In this document: positions 8,268 to 19,558 of the stretch, in pieces | How positions within the stretch are numbered: the stretch's first letter is position 1 | How the letters are laid out: each line of letters starts with the position of its first letter | NCBI GenBank assembly: GCA_018653315.1 | Contig: JABIAL010000021.1 | Span: forward strand, 3,029 to 67,028 | Length of the DNA stretch: 64,000 nucleotides | Direction: 5' to 3' | From: a bacterium | GTDB taxonomy: Bacteria > Patescibacteriota > Patescibacteriia > UBA1558 > GWA2-36-10 | Translations under genes and position numbers: made by a program | Notes under the pieces: model-generated | Told to the model about the DNA's origin: nothing | The model's input: the letters and a program-made list of their open reading frames with translations, nothing else | The model's database searches: none

Positions 8268-9284
8268 ATGTTTATTTCTAGAAATATTTTAAACCACGAT
8301 AATTTTTTGGCCGAAGAATTTATTTCCGGAGCTTTTTTACAAGGCTCGATCTGGAAAGATTTTTTAGAGGCTCAAAAGAAAGAACTATGGCAACTAACAA
8401 TTACAAATCAAGAAAACAAGGTTTTAGCACTCTGTGTTTTTTATGAAAATAGACTGTGGTTTGGTAAGAGTTATTTATATGCGCCAAAGGGGCCAATTTT
8501 TAGTAATGAATTAAGCGAAGCAGAAAAACAAGAGGCCTTAAGCTTGATTCTTTCTCAAATTAGAGACATAACTATTGCCACACATCGTTACGAAGAGCTT
8601 TTTTGTAAACTAGAACCAAACACGACTGTTTTAGCACCACCTGAATTAAACAACGAAGACACAGTTCAACCAAAAGACACGCTTGTTTTAGAGCTAGATA
8701 AAACAGTGGAGCAATTATTAGCTGACATGCACCCAAAGACAAGGTATAACATTGCCTTGGCTAATAAAAAAGGAGTAAAAATAAGAGTAAGTCAAAAACA
8801 AGAAGATTTAAAACATTTTTTAAGTTTAATAAAAAAAACCGCCTCTAGACAACAGATAAATACACACTCAGAAAAATATTATCAGATTTTATGGCAAAGT
8901 CTATTAAAAAATAACACCGGCAAATTATACTTAGCAGAAATTAATGGAAAAATTGTAGCAGCTAATTTGTTAATAGAGTTTGGCAATGCCGTTACTTATC
9001 TACATGGTGCTTCTGATTATGAACATCGAAAATTTATGGCACCACACTTGTTACAATGGCAGGCCATTAAGGATGCTAAGGAAAATAATTTTGAGATTTA
9101 TGATTTTTGGGGAATTGCTCCAGCCGATGGCAGTAAACCAAAATGGGAGGGATTTACTAGATTTAAAAAAGGCTTTGGTGGTAGAATAATATCATACCCA
9201 GGAACAAAGATTTTTGTTTATAATAGACAGTGGTATAGTCTTTATTTATTAGCCAAAAAAATATTAAGTATTATAAAAAAATAA
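8268..9284 (+). CDS. FemABX/MurM-family peptidoglycan bridge aminoacyltransferase
   Basis: FLQGSIW, YLYAPKGP, MHPKTRYNI, YDFWGI and FKKGFGG motifs. Confidence 0.9.
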   Translation: MFISRNILNHDNFLAEEFISGAFLQGSIWKDFLEAQKKELWQLTITNQENKVLALCVFYENRLWFGKSYLYAPKGPIFSNELSEAEKQEALSLILSQIRDITIATHRYEELFCKLEPNTTVLAPPELNNEDTVQPKDTLVLELDKTVEQLLADMHPKTRYNIALANKKGVKIRVSQKQEDLKHFLSLIKKTASRQQINTHSEKYYQILWQSLLKNNTGKLYLAEINGKIVAANLLIEFGNAVTYLHGASDYEHRKFMAPHLLQWQAIKDAKENNFEIYDFWGIAPADGSKPKWEGFTRFKKGFGGRIISYPGTKIFVYNRQWYSLYLLAKKILSIIKK

Positions 9285-9285
9285 T

Positions 9286-9510
9286 ATGAAAGAAGTTTTG
9301 ATGCCAGAAATAAAAAGTGATCCAAGCACTGATTTTGTGGTAGATTCAAAATCAGATCCAGAACACGACATACACAAGGGTAATTGTTCTTCTTGTGGTA
9401 ATGAGTTTTCTATTTTTGTTCCTAAAAAAGACAAGGGCTGCAGTGTAGGCACTGCCGGAGAACTTGATAAAACATTAGAGACAAAACTTTGCCCTAATTG
9501 TAGAGATTAA
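9286..9510 (+). CDS. small zinc-ribbon-like protein
   Basis: CSSC...CPNC pair; tightly packed between femX-like gene and murE. Confidence 0.55.
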   Translation: MKEVLMPEIKSDPSTDFVVDSKSDPEHDIHKGNCSSCGNEFSIFVPKKDKGCSVGTAGELDKTLETKLCPNCRD

Positions 9511-9511
9511 T

Positions 9512-10804
9512 ATGTTAAAAAAAGCCATCAAAAAAATATTACCAGTATTTTGTTTAAGTTGTTACCACTGGTCTTTAGCTAGATTGGCTGCTTTTTTATT
9601 TGGCCACCCAAGTGAAAAATTAATCGTGATTGGTGTGACTGGAACCAATGGAAAAACTACCACGGTTAACTTAATTGCTCAATTATTAGAGTGTTTAGGA
9701 AACAAGGTAGGATTGAGCTCTACTGTGAATTTTAAACTTGCTGAAAAAGAGTGGTTAAACAATAAGAAGATGACCATGCTTGGTCGTTTTCAAACTCAAG
9801 CCTTATTAAGACAAGCAGTCAATGCTAGTTGTTCTTATATGGTCATAGAAAGCTCATCACAGGGTGTAGCTCAGTTTCGCCACCTAGGAATCAACTATGA
9901 TTTAATGGTCTTTACAAACCTCTCTCCTGAGCACATTGAAGCTCATGGTGGTTTTGATAATTATCGAGCAGCCAAAGAAAAGCTTTTTAAACATTTAGTC
10001 AAAAATAAGAGAAAAAAAATAAATAATAACATAATTAATAAAATTATTATTAGCAACATTGATGATCAAGAAAATAAAAGATTAGAAAAAATAAAAGCAG
10101 ATAACTTTTTGACTTATGGTTTTAAAAATAAAGCAGACCTACAAGGACGCGATTTGGTTTTAGAAAATGCTTTAGCGAAATTCAAGGTTAATGAGCAAAA
10201 AATTACTACTAATTTTTTAGGTGAGTTTAGTGCTTATAATGTTTTAGCTAGCCTAGCTGTTATTAAGGCTTTGAATTTAGATTTTAAAAAAGCACTCACC
10301 TGTAAATTAAAAGGAGTACCAGGGCGACAGGAGCTTGTTGACTGTAAACAGAATTTTAAAGTGATGGTGGATTATGCACCAGAGCCAGAATCTTTAAAAC
10401 AACTTTATTCTGCCATTAAAGAATTAAAATATAATAAATTAATTCATGTCTTAGGTTCTTGTGGTGGTGGTCGCGACAAGGCTCGTCAATCAATTCTCGG
10501 TCAAACGGCAGATAAAATGGCTGATGTAATTATTATCACTAACGAAGATCCATACGACGACGATCCGCAGCAGATTATTGATAAGGTAGCTGTTGGTGCT
10601 AAAAGTAAAGAAATTAATAAAAACTTATTTAAAATATTAGATAGAAAAGAAGCGATTAACAAAGCTTTGTCGCTGGCTAGTGATGGCGACTTAGTTTTGA
10701 TTACCGGCAAAGGAGCCGAACAAGCTATTTGTGTGGCTAACAATAAAAAAATTCCCCACGATGATCGCGAGGTTGTAAAAAGATATTTTCAAAATTTAAA
10801 ATAA
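9512..10804 (+). CDS. murE: Mur ligase, MurE-type UDP-MurNAc-tripeptide synthetase
   Basis: GVTGTNGKTT, FTNLSPEH, VPGRQE, DYA, GGGRD and NEDPY motifs. Confidence 0.88.
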   Translation: MLKKAIKKILPVFCLSCYHWSLARLAAFLFGHPSEKLIVIGVTGTNGKTTTVNLIAQLLECLGNKVGLSSTVNFKLAEKEWLNNKKMTMLGRFQTQALLRQAVNASCSYMVIESSSQGVAQFRHLGINYDLMVFTNLSPEHIEAHGGFDNYRAAKEKLFKHLVKNKRKKINNNIINKIIISNIDDQENKRLEKIKADNFLTYGFKNKADLQGRDLVLENALAKFKVNEQKITTNFLGEFSAYNVLASLAVIKALNLDFKKALTCKLKGVPGRQELVDCKQNFKVMVDYAPEPESLKQLYSAIKELKYNKLIHVLGSCGGGRDKARQSILGQTADKMADVIIITNEDPYDDDPQQIIDKVAVGAKSKEINKNLFKILDRKEAINKALSLASDGDLVLITGKGAEQAICVANNKKIPHDDREVVKRYFQNLK

Positions 10805-10826
10805 AAAACCACTAAAAAATAAATTT

Positions 10827-11045
10827 ATGTTTCATGAAAAACATTCCAGAACAATAGTTAAATCTATTACCTGGCGTTTATTAGCCTTTGGAGCAACCGT
10901 CATTGTTTTACAATTAATGATTAATGATTGGCAAACATCGTTATTACATTCAGTGATTATTCATTCTATCAAGACGGTCTTATACTACATTCATGAGAGA
11001 TTGTGGAATATGAGCAACTTTGGTCAGGAATTAAAAACTAGATAA
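10827..11045 (+). CDS. DUF2061-like small membrane protein
   Basis: RTIVKSITWR...YYIHERLWN pattern. Confidence 0.8.
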   Translation: MFHEKHSRTIVKSITWRLLAFGATVIVLQLMINDWQTSLLHSVIIHSIKTVLYYIHERLWNMSNFGQELKTR

Positions 11046-11049
11046 CTTT

Positions 11050-11077
11050 AAACACTCGGTGATCCCGAGTGTTTTTT
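11050..11077 (+). terminator. intrinsic terminator
   Basis: AAACACTCGG/CCGAGTGTTT stem followed by a T-run. Confidence 0.8.
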
Positions 11078-11123
11078 AGCAAAAAGAAAACCGGCGCGTG
11101 GAATGCGTCGGTTGAGTTACTTG

Positions 11124-11528
11124 TTAGTGGACCTCATTGCCCTTTCTGGTTGTCTCTGTTGCGTTGCCCAGAATAAGACCCAGAACAACACCCATGATAA
11201 AGCCCAGAATAAGACCCAGAATACCGCCTAGCATACCATCCAGAATAAGACCCAGAACCATACCTAGAGCGACACTTAGAATACCGCCTAGCATAATACT
11301 CAGAGCAGCACCTAGGGGGGCACCTGGAAACCTTATTAATATCCATAGGTTGGCATAGCTAAACCAGACTAAAAAGAAGAATGGTATAGTCATATGCTGA
11401 TGGAAGTTGATCATCCGAGCGGATACAGAGATGCTCTCAGGCAGGGGTAGCGAAAACATCAAATACGACCAGCTAGCCACTAGTAATCCAAAAACTACAC
11501 TACGCGGGGTCATTTTGTCCCAATTCAT
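11124..11528 (-). CDS. hypothetical membrane protein with long glycine-zipper repeat
   Basis: Own promoter and GGAG SD; C-terminal half is (LG/S/Dxx)n encoded by 12-nt tandem repeats. Confidence 0.7.
   Translation of the reverse strand: MNWDKMTPRSVVFGLLVASWSYLMFSLPLPESISVSARMINFHQHMTIPFFFLVWFSYANLWILIRFPGAPLGAALSIMLGGILSVALGMVLGLILDGMLGGILGLILGFIMGVVLGLILGNATETTRKGNEVH
11167..11322. repeat. degenerate 12-nt tandem repeat (about 13 units, CCCAGAATAAGA-like)
   Basis: Units CCCAGAATAAGA, CCCAGAACAACA, CCCATGATAAAG and others in register; 18-nt exact repeat at 11218 and 11278. Confidence 0.85.
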
Positions 11529-11579
11529 GATGGGCTCCTAGAATTTAAACACACTAATGAAAATAACAATCAATATAGT

Positions 11580-11608
11580 AATATAGCACATAAAACATAT
11601 TTTGTCAA
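11580..11608 (-). promoter_or_regulatory. sigma70-like promoter
   Basis: TTGACA-17-TATATT with extended TG on the minus strand, upstream of 11528. Confidence 0.7.
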
Positions 11609-11666
11609 TAGTATTTATGCTTATTTGTTAATTTTGTTAGTAAAAATAAGCTTTCTACGTGATTTT

Positions 11667-11716
11667 AGAGGATAAATGTGGATAACTTGAGGGTAAGTGA
11701 CTACTTTTGTGTATAA
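11667..11716. promoter_or_regulatory. DnaA-box cluster upstream of rpoB
   Basis: Perfect TGTGGATAA (11677) and TGTGTATAA (11708), plus degenerate AGAGGATAA and TGAGGGTAA, all co-oriented. Confidence 0.55.
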
Positions 11717-11845
11717 AAGAGCTGAAATTAGGGCAAAGTTTAAGATAATTTGACAAATAACAAAAAGTACATCTAGATTGTTTGCGCTAATGCTAGCTAA
11801 TAAGTTTAGAAAAATAAGAAAATTAGCAAATTTAGATACTTGTTA

Positions 11846-11874
11846 TTGACAAAGTCTATTTTTTCTTGTAATAT
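11846..11874 (+). promoter_or_regulatory. sigma70-like rpoBC promoter
   Basis: TTGACA-17-TAATAT. Confidence 0.65.
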
Positions 11875-12030
11875 ACACTCATGTTAATTTCCCTGACTAA
11901 CCAAGTTTAGTCTTAAATTAAACAAGCTGACCTCAAAAGTAAACGAGGTGAGTTTATTTTTTGCGCAAATTTTTTGTGATAAACAAAAAGTATCTCGAAA
12001 GTGCTTTTAAAAATTATTTTTTGAACTTCT

Positions 12031-15000
12031 ATGTCCCAAGTTAAAGCCCCAACTAAGACACGTCAATTTTTTACTAATTTACGAGAAGCTATCCCTCTAA
12101 CGGATTTAGTGGAAATCCAAAAAAAATCATACAACTGGTTTTTTAAAGAAGGCCTAAAGGAATTATTTGAGGAAATCTCTCCAATCACAGATTTTATTGG
12201 TCGTGATTTAGAATTATATTTATTAGATTATTATTTAGACGAGCCTAAGTTCGACGAACTTACTACTAAGTCTAAAAATATAACATATGAAGCACCACTT
12301 AGGGTAAAGGTGCGTTTGACTAACAAAAAAACCAACGAAGTTAAAGAGCAAGAAATTTATCTTGGTGATTTTCCAGTGATGACCGATCGTGGTACTTTTG
12401 TTATCAATGGTGTAGAGCGAGTAATTGTCTCACAATTAATTCGTAGCGCCGGTGTTTTCTTTACTTCACAAATTTTACGTGGTCGCCGTTATTACGGAGC
12501 CAAGATTATTCCTAATCGTGGAGCCTGGCTTGAAATTGAAACTGATGCCAATGGAATTATCTATGTAAAAATAGATCGTAAACGTAAAGTGCCCATCACA
12601 GCACTATTACGTGCTTTTGGTTATGATTCTGATGAAAAAATTACCGAATTATTCAAAGATATTGATACTCATCCAGAAGTAAGGTTTATTCAAAATACAC
12701 TTGCTAAAGATATTTCACACAATGAAGCAGAGGGTTTAAAAGAAGTTTATAAACGTGTCAGACCAGGAGACTTGGCTACGGTTGATAACGCTAGGTCTTT
12801 GATTCACTCGATGTTTTTTAATTTTGATCGTTATGATTTTAGTCGAGTTGGTCGTTATAAGATTAATGCTCGTTTTAGTTTAGATATTCCAAACAACAAA
12901 GAAACCAGGGTTTTACGTCGTGAGGATTTAATTTTGGTAATCGCTGAAATTGTTAAATTAAATTTATCTCAAGCAGATGCAGATGATATTGATCATTTGG
13001 GTAATCGTCGAGTACGGGCAGTTGGTGAATTAGTACAAAATAAATTTAGAGTTGGTTTAGCTAGAATGGAAAGAATCGTACGTGATCGTATGAGTACTTT
13101 GGATGTAAATAATATTAGTCCAAGTCAATTGATTAACGCCAGACCAGTTATTGGATCGATTAAAGAGTTTTTTATGAGCTCTCAATTATCTCAGTTCATG
13201 GATCAAGTAAATCCATTAGCCGAGTTGGAACATAAACGTCGTTTATCTGCCATGGGTCCCGGTGGTTTATCTCGTGAAAGAGCTGGCTTTGAAGTTCGTG
13301 ATGTACATCGTACTCACTATGGACGTATTTGTCCGATTGCTACTCCTGAAGGACCAAACATTGGTTTAGTTGGTCACCTAGCTGCTTACGCTAGAGTGAA
13401 TGATTTTGGTTTTATTGAAACTCCATTTAGAAAAGTTTTTCATGATGTAGACAATGATCCAAAGATGACTGCTGGTAAAATAGCCAGAGTAGGTATTAAA
13501 AATATTGTAAAAGCAGGTGAAGAAATTACAGATAAAATCGCTAAAGAATTAGCTAAAGATAAAGAGCTAGAAACAATTGCTATTAAACCAGTTGTTACTA
13601 ATGAAATTACTTACTTAGATGCTTTCGAAGAAGAGAGATATAATACCACCGCTGCTACTACACCAATTGATGAAAATGGGTATTTTATAAATGATTATGC
13701 AGAAATTAGAATCAATGGTGTACCTAGTTTTGATAAGGTAGAAAAAGTTGATTTATTTGACGTTGCGCCAAATCAAATTATTAGTATTGCTACTTCTTTG
13801 ATTCCGTTTTTAGAGCATGATGATGCGGTACGTGCTTTAATGGGAACAAACATGCAACGGCAAGCGGTGTCCCTGATTAGACCAGAGGCTCCTATTGTTG
13901 GTACCGGTATAGAAGCGCGGGCTGCCCAAGATTCTGGACAAGTGGTAGTAGCTAAAGAGGACGGAAAGGTTAGCTATGTTGATGGAAGTCGAGTAGAATT
14001 GACAGACAAAGACGGTGTGACAACTAATTATGATTTACAAAAGTTTTCTCGTTCCAATACCTCTACTAGTATGAATCAACATCCAATTGTAGATAAGGGT
14101 GATAAAATTAAAAAAAGTCAGCCAATTGCTGATGGAGCAGCTACCGATCAAGGAGAGTTAGCTCTTGGTCAAAATATGTTAGTAGCTTATATGACTTGGG
14201 ATGGTGGTAACTACGAAGATGCTATTTTGATTTCACAACGAGTAGTAAAAAGAGATAATTACACATCTATTAGTATTGAAGATTACTCTATTGATATTCG
14301 TGATACAAAACTTGGACCAGAACAAATTACCAGAGACATTCCAAACATCAGCGAAGAAAAATTAAAAGATTTAGATGAAGAAGGAGTTATTCGTATTGGT
14401 GCTAATGTTGGTTCTGGAGATATTTTAGTTGGTAAAATTACCCCAAAAGGTGAAACGGAATTATCAGCTGAAGAAAAACTATTAAGAGCCATCTTTGGTG
14501 AAAAGGCCAAAGATGTTCGTGATAGTTCACTTTATTTAAAACACGGAGAGCACGGTAAGGTTATTGATGTTAAGATTTTTTCTCGAGAAAATAGTGATCG
14601 ATTACCAGCTGGTGTAATTAAGAGCGTGCAGATAACCATTGCTCAATTACGTAAGATTCAAGTTGGCGATAAGATGGCCGGACGTCATGGTAATAAAGGT
14701 GTTATTTCTCGTGTCATTCCAGAAGCAGATATGCCATTTTTAGCAGACGGTACGCCAGTAGACATTGTTTTAAATCCACTTGGTGTTATTTCTCGTATGA
14801 ACTTAGGACAGTTGTTAGAAACTCATTTAGGTTTAGCAGCACGTACCTTGGGATACAAGGTAGCTAGCCCAGCCCTAAATGGTGTTAGTGAAGAAAAGAT
14901 TAGAGAAGAATTAGAAAAAGCAGGTTGGCCAGCCGACGGTAAGTTGCAACTTTATGATGGTCGTAATGGTGAAGCGTTCCACCATAAAACCACCACTGGT

Positions 15001-15456
15001 GTTGCTTATATGTTGAAATTAAATCATTTAGTGGAAGAAAAAATTCACCAAAGATCCATTGGTCCTTACTCATTGGTTACTCAACAACCTTTGGGTGGTA
15101 AAGCTCAATTTGGTGGCCAGAGATTTGGTGAGATGGAAGTCTGGGCCTTAGAGGCCTACGGAGCTGCTAATACCTTGCAAGAGATCTTAACTATCAAATC
15201 AGATGATGTTCCAGGCAGATCAAAGGCTTACGAAGCAATCATCAAAGGCGAGTCAATTGATCGTCTTAATGTACCGGAATCCTTTAATGTTTTAGTTAGA
15301 GAATTAAAAGGCTTGGGATTAGATGTTGAACTACTTGGTCAACGTGAGAAAAAAATTGAAAAAATAAACCCAGAGACAGCTAAGACTTTAGATGAACAAG
15401 CACCGGTGATAGTCGATCCAAAAGAGAAGTCTACCGATGAGCAAGCTAAAGAATAA
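12031..15456 (+). CDS. rpoB: RNA polymerase beta subunit
   Basis: [26 protein letters not shown] and [17 protein letters not shown] motifs. Confidence 0.99.
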   Translation: MSQVKAPTKTRQFFTNLREAIPLTDLVEIQKKSYNWFFKEGLKELFEEISPITDFIGRDLELYLLDYYLDEPKFDELTTKSKNITYEAPLRVKVRLTNKKTNEVKEQEIYLGDFPVMTDRGTFVINGVERVIVSQLIRSAGVFFTSQILRGRRYYGAKIIPNRGAWLEIETDANGIIYVKIDRKRKVPITALLRAFGYDSDEKITELFKDIDTHPEVRFIQNTLAKDISHNEAEGLKEVYKRVRPGDLATVDNARSLIHSMFFNFDRYDFSRVGRYKINARFSLDIPNNKETRVLRREDLILVIAEIVKLNLSQADADDIDHLGNRRVRAVGELVQNKFRVGLARMERIVRDRMSTLDVNNISPSQLINARPVIGSIKEFFMSSQLSQFMDQVNPLAELEHKRRLSAMGPGGLSRERAGFEVRDVHRTHYGRICPIATPEGPNIGLVGHLAAYARVNDFGFIETPFRKVFHDVDNDPKMTAGKIARVGIKNIVKAGEEITDKIAKELAKDKELETIAIKPVVTNEITYLDAFEEERYNTTAATTPIDENGYFINDYAEIRINGVPSFDKVEKVDLFDVAPNQIISIATSLIPFLEHDDAVRALMGTNMQRQAVSLIRPEAPIVGTGIEARAAQDSGQVVVAKEDGKVSYVDGSRVELTDKDGVTTNYDLQKFSRSNTSTSMNQHPIVDKGDKIKKSQPIADGAATDQGELALGQNMLVAYMTWDGGNYEDAILISQRVVKRDNYTSISIEDYSIDIRDTKLGPEQITRDIPNISEEKLKDLDEEGVIRIGANVGSGDILVGKITPKGETELSAEEKLLRAIFGEKAKDVRDSSLYLKHGEHGKVIDVKIFSRENSDRLPAGVIKSVQITIAQLRKIQVGDKMAGRHGNKGVISRVIPEADMPFLADGTPVDIVLNPLGVISRMNLGQLLETHLGLAARTLGYKVASPALNGVSEEKIREELEKAGWPADGKLQLYDGRNGEAFHHKTTTGVAYMLKLNHLVEEKIHQRSIGPYSLVTQQPLGGKAQFGGQRFGEMEVWALEAYGAANTLQEILTIKSDDVPGRSKAYEAIIKGESIDRLNVPESFNVLVRELKGLGLDVELLGQREKKIEKINPETAKTLDEQAPVIVDPKEKSTDEQAKE

Positions 15457-15506
15457 TCTTTAGTAGCATAAATAATTTAAAATTTTTCATAAATTAAAAT
15501 AACAAT

Positions 15507-18500
15507 ATGCCTACTCCTTCATCAACAAAAACCACATTCATGGTTCCAGAACAAAATGCTGTTTTGGAGTTTGATGCTGTTAAATTAAAACTAGCCTCTC
15601 CGGAAGATATTCATGGCTGGTCACATGGCGAAGTGGTAAAGCCAGAGACTATTAATTATCGTACTCAAAAACCAGAAAAAGATGGCTTGTTTTGTGAAAA
15701 GATTTTTGGACCCTCAAAAGATTGGGAGTGTTATTGTGGTAAATATAAAAGGATTCGTTACAAGGGTATTGTTTGTGATAAGTGTGGAGTAGAAGTAACC
15801 AGAGCAATTGTTCGTCGTGAACGCATGGGACACATTGATCTAGCCGCACCTGTTTCACATATTTGGTTTTTACGTGGTATTCCTTCCAAGATTGGTCTAG
15901 TGCTTGATCTTGGTGTGCAAGCTTTAGAAAAAGTTATTTACTTTGCTAGTTTTATTGTTAATCATATTGATGAAAGTGCTCGTAAAGAAACTATCGAACA
16001 AATTAAAGGTGAATTAAAGAGTAAACGTAAACAAATTGACAATGAATTTGATCAAAGAGCACAAGAGATAAATAATCGTAAAGTTAAATTATTAGCTGAT
16101 GGCGGATCAAAGGCAAAGATAGAAAAACAAATTACTCAAGAAATTACCGATTTGAATGTTGCTAAAATTGATAAACTAAAAAGTTTAGAAGAAGCGGCTG
16201 ACACAGCTACAAAAGAATTAAAAGAGTTACACGAATTACAGATTATTTCTGAAACTAAATACCAAGACCTAGCTTTGCGTTATGGACATGTGTTTGAAGC
16301 CGGTATTGGTGCAGAGGCAATTCGTAATTTATTAAAGAAAATCGATTTAAAAGCTTTGTCAAAACATTTAGATCAAGAAATTGAAAAAGCTATTGCTTCA
16401 AAACAAAAGAAATTAATTAGACGCTCTCGTTTAATTAAGAGTTTAGTAGTTAACGGCATTCGTCCCGAGTGGATGATCATGACTACTATTCCAGTTATCC
16501 CACCAGACTTAAGACCAATGGTTCAATTAGATGGTGGACGATTTGCTTCTTCAGATTTAAATGATTTATATCGTCGAGTTATCAATCGTAATAATCGTTT
16601 GAAGAGATTAAAAGAGTTAAATGCTCCAGAGGTAATTCAACGTAACGAAAAACGGATGTTGCAAGAGGCGGTTGATGCCTTAATTGATAATAATGCTCGT
16701 CATGGTAAGACCGTAACCTCTTCTACCGGACAAAAGAGAATGTTGAAGAGTATTGCTGACATGTTAAAAGGTAAACAAGGTCGTTTTAGACAAAATTTAC
16801 TTGGTAAACGTGTTGATTATTCTGGTCGTTCCGTTATTGTAGTTGGTCCCCACCTAAAGCTTCATCAATGTGGTTTACCAAAAACAATGGCTTTAGAATT
16901 ATTTAGACCATTTGTAATCTCTCAATTGATTAAAAGAGAACTAGTTCATAATGTTCGTTCAGCTAATCGTTATATCGAAGCTGGATACAGTGAGGTTTGG
17001 GGTATTTTAGAAGAAATTATCGCTGATGCTTATGTATTATTAAATCGTGCACCAACCTTGCATCGTTTAGGTATTCAAGCTTTCCAGCCAATCTTAATTG
17101 AGGGTAAGGCCATTCAGTTGCATCCATTGGTTTGTACAGCTTTTAACGCCGATTTTGATGGTGATCAAATGGCCGTACACGTTCCCTTAACAGAGGCAGC
17201 TAAAGACGAAGCAGCTAACCTTATGTTAGCTAGTAAAAATCTATTAAAACCAGCCACTGGTGATCCAGTAGTAGTGCCAAGTCAAGATATTGTTTGGGGC
17301 ACCTATTATTTGACTTATGTTGATGAAAAAACCGAGGTTAAGAAGATTTTTGCTGACGAAGATGAAGCGGAAAGAGCCTTTGCTTTAGGGCATATTAAAT
17401 TACAAGATTTAATTAAAGTCAGAATCACTAAAGAGGATGACAAAATAACAGAGACATCGGTTGGTCGTATTTTGTTTAATAAAGAATTACCAACTAACAT
17501 GTCTTTTGTTAATAAAGTTTTAGACAAAAAAGGCTTAGGTAATATTGTTGCTCAGATTTTTAGGGAATTTAGTCGAGAAGAAACCGTAGAGTCTTTAGAT
17601 AGGATTAAAGATATTGCTTTTAAATATATTACAGCTTCTGGTTTTTCTTGGGGCATGGGAGATATTCCAAAATTTCCCAAGAAAAAAGAAATGATCGAAG
17701 AGGGGGAGAAAAAAGTACAAGAAATCAGAGAGCAGTATAACCAAGGTTTGTTAACTGATCATGAAAGATATATTAAGGTTATTGAGGTTTGGACAGTTGT
17801 TAAAAATAAGATCAGTGAAGAGAGCGCTGGAATTTTTACGCCAGATAATTCTATTTCTACTATTATTAATTCCGGAGCACGTGGTTCTTGGTCACAGATG
17901 ATTCAAATCATGGGTGTTAAGGGTTTGGTTATTAATCCAGCTGGTGATATTATCGAGCTGCCGATTAAAGCAAACTTCCAAGAAGGTTTAGACGTATTGG
18001 AATATTTTATTTCAACTCATGGTACTCGTAAGGGTTTATCAGACACTGCCTTGCGTACAGCTAATGCTGGCTACTTAACTAGGCGTTTGGTAGATGTGTC
18101 GCAAGACTTGGTAATTTTGGAAAATGATTGTAAGGATACCGAAGGCATGATTCTTACTAGGGAGGAAAGTCAAAAATTACAAGAAACATTACCAGAAAGA
18201 GCTAAAGGGAGAACTTTGGCTGATGGTATTGTTGATCCAAAAACTAATAAAGTAGTGATTAAAAAAGGTACCTTGATTACCCAGGAACTAGCTAATAAAA
18301 TTAAAGAAATAGACCCAGAACAAATTAAGATTCGTTCCCTTTTATCTTGTCAGGCTGTTAGAGGTGTTTGTCAAAAATGTTATGGGCATGACTTAGGTTA
18401 CAATGAAGTAGTGAAGCTAGGTACAGCTGTTGGTGTGGTTGCTGCTCAAAGCATTGGTGAGCCAGGCACGCAGTTAACTATGAGAACTTTTCACACTGGT

Positions 18501-19400
18501 GGTGTGGCTAGTGAGGCTGATGTAACTCAAGGTTTACCACGAGTAGAAGAGTTGTTTGAGGCACGCACGCCAAAGAAAAATTCTATTTTAGCGCCGATAG
18601 CGGGACAGCTGGAAATTTCCGGTGTTGATCAATTGGTTAGTAAGGATAATCGCATTGTTAAAATTAAAACTACTGATACCAGAACAGAAGAATATCGGGT
18701 AGAAAAATCCGCTAAACTAAAAGTTGAAGATGGTGAAGAGGTAAAGCCAGGACAAACCTTATACATCATCAATCAAAAAGAAGAACGAACAGCCTTAGGT
18801 GGTTTAATTAAGATTAAAAATAGTAAATTAACAGTTCATGCTAAAGCTGGAGAAGAAGTAGAGGTAATTATTCCAGCTGGTTATAATCTTTGGGTTAAAG
18901 ATAAGGAATTTGTTAGCGAAGGCCAACAATTAACCGAAGGCAGTGTAGATCTACATGAGTTATATGAACATCGAGGACGTTTAGAAGTACAAAAATACAT
19001 TATTAATGAGATTAAACATATTTATGCTTCTCAGGGACAAAATTTAGATGATAAACATATTGAATTAATTGTTAGGCAGATGTTTTCTAGAATATTTGTT
19101 AGAGATGTTGGGTCAACAGAGTTATTACCAGGAGAGATTATTACTTATACTCAATTTAAAGAAGCAAACATAGCAACTAAAGGTGACAAGGCCACTGGAG
19201 ATGTATTATTACTAGGCATTACTAAGGCTTCTTTATCAGCTGACTCATTTTTATCTGCTGCATCTTTTCAAGAAACAGCTCGCGTATTAATTGACGCTGC
19301 TATTACTGGTAAAGTGGATCATTTAAGGGGCTTAAAAGAAAATGTCATTATTGGTCGTAAGATTCCAGCTGGTACTGGTTTTGTAGAAGATAAAAAATAA
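15507..19400 (+). CDS. rpoC: RNA polymerase beta-prime subunit
   Basis: NADFDGD active site, Zn-binding [23 protein letters not shown] trigger-loop region. Confidence 0.99.
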   Translation: MPTPSSTKTTFMVPEQNAVLEFDAVKLKLASPEDIHGWSHGEVVKPETINYRTQKPEKDGLFCEKIFGPSKDWECYCGKYKRIRYKGIVCDKCGVEVTRAIVRRERMGHIDLAAPVSHIWFLRGIPSKIGLVLDLGVQALEKVIYFASFIVNHIDESARKETIEQIKGELKSKRKQIDNEFDQRAQEINNRKVKLLADGGSKAKIEKQITQEITDLNVAKIDKLKSLEEAADTATKELKELHELQIISETKYQDLALRYGHVFEAGIGAEAIRNLLKKIDLKALSKHLDQEIEKAIASKQKKLIRRSRLIKSLVVNGIRPEWMIMTTIPVIPPDLRPMVQLDGGRFASSDLNDLYRRVINRNNRLKRLKELNAPEVIQRNEKRMLQEAVDALIDNNARHGKTVTSSTGQKRMLKSIADMLKGKQGRFRQNLLGKRVDYSGRSVIVVGPHLKLHQCGLPKTMALELFRPFVISQLIKRELVHNVRSANRYIEAGYSEVWGILEEIIADAYVLLNRAPTLHRLGIQAFQPILIEGKAIQLHPLVCTAFNADFDGDQMAVHVPLTEAAKDEAANLMLASKNLLKPATGDPVVVPSQDIVWGTYYLTYVDEKTEVKKIFADEDEAERAFALGHIKLQDLIKVRITKEDDKITETSVGRILFNKELPTNMSFVNKVLDKKGLGNIVAQIFREFSREETVESLDRIKDIAFKYITASGFSWGMGDIPKFPKKKEMIEEGEKKVQEIREQYNQGLLTDHERYIKVIEVWTVVKNKISEESAGIFTPDNSISTIINSGARGSWSQMIQIMGVKGLVINPAGDIIELPIKANFQEGLDVLEYFISTHGTRKGLSDTALRTANAGYLTRRLVDVSQDLVILENDCKDTEGMILTREESQKLQETLPERAKGRTLADGIVDPKTNKVVIKKGTLITQELANKIKEIDPEQIKIRSLLSCQAVRGVCQKCYGHDLGYNEVVKLGTAVGVVAAQSIGEPGTQLTMRTFHTGGVASEADVTQGLPRVEELFEARTPKKNSILAPIAGQLEISGVDQLVSKDNRIVKIKTTDTRTEEYRVEKSAKLKVEDGEEVKPGQTLYIINQKEERTALGGLIKIKNSKLTVHAKAGEEVEVIIPAGYNLWVKDKEFVSEGQQLTEGSVDLHELYEHRGRLEVQKYIINEIKHIYASQGQNLDDKHIELIVRQMFSRIFVRDVGSTELLPGEIITYTQFKEANIATKGDKATGDVLLLGITKASLSADSFLSAASFQETARVLIDAAITGKVDHLRGLKENVIIGRKIPAGTGFVEDKK

Positions 19401-19423
19401 GCTTTATTTCGTTAAAATTTTTT

Positions 19424-19453
19424 AAAAACAGCCTAAAATCACGGGCTGTTTTT
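19424..19453 (+). terminator. intrinsic terminator after rpoC
   Basis: AAAAACAGCC/GGCTGTTTTT stem. Confidence 0.75.
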
Positions 19454-19558
19454 GGTTTTCTTTTTTGCTATAAATATGTTAAAATATAGTATATTTAAGA
19501 CTTTTTCTGTTACTTATTAAGACAGAGTAGTTTTAGACTTAAATTCATTAATCGATTT

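Noticed and set aside
11134-11358. Alternative-frame ORFs (SGSY and PRIR repeats) and possible CRISPR-like periodicity
   Set aside because: By-products of a stop-free 12-nt coding repeat; no spacers, no cas genes, and only the 11528 frame has a promoter and SD.
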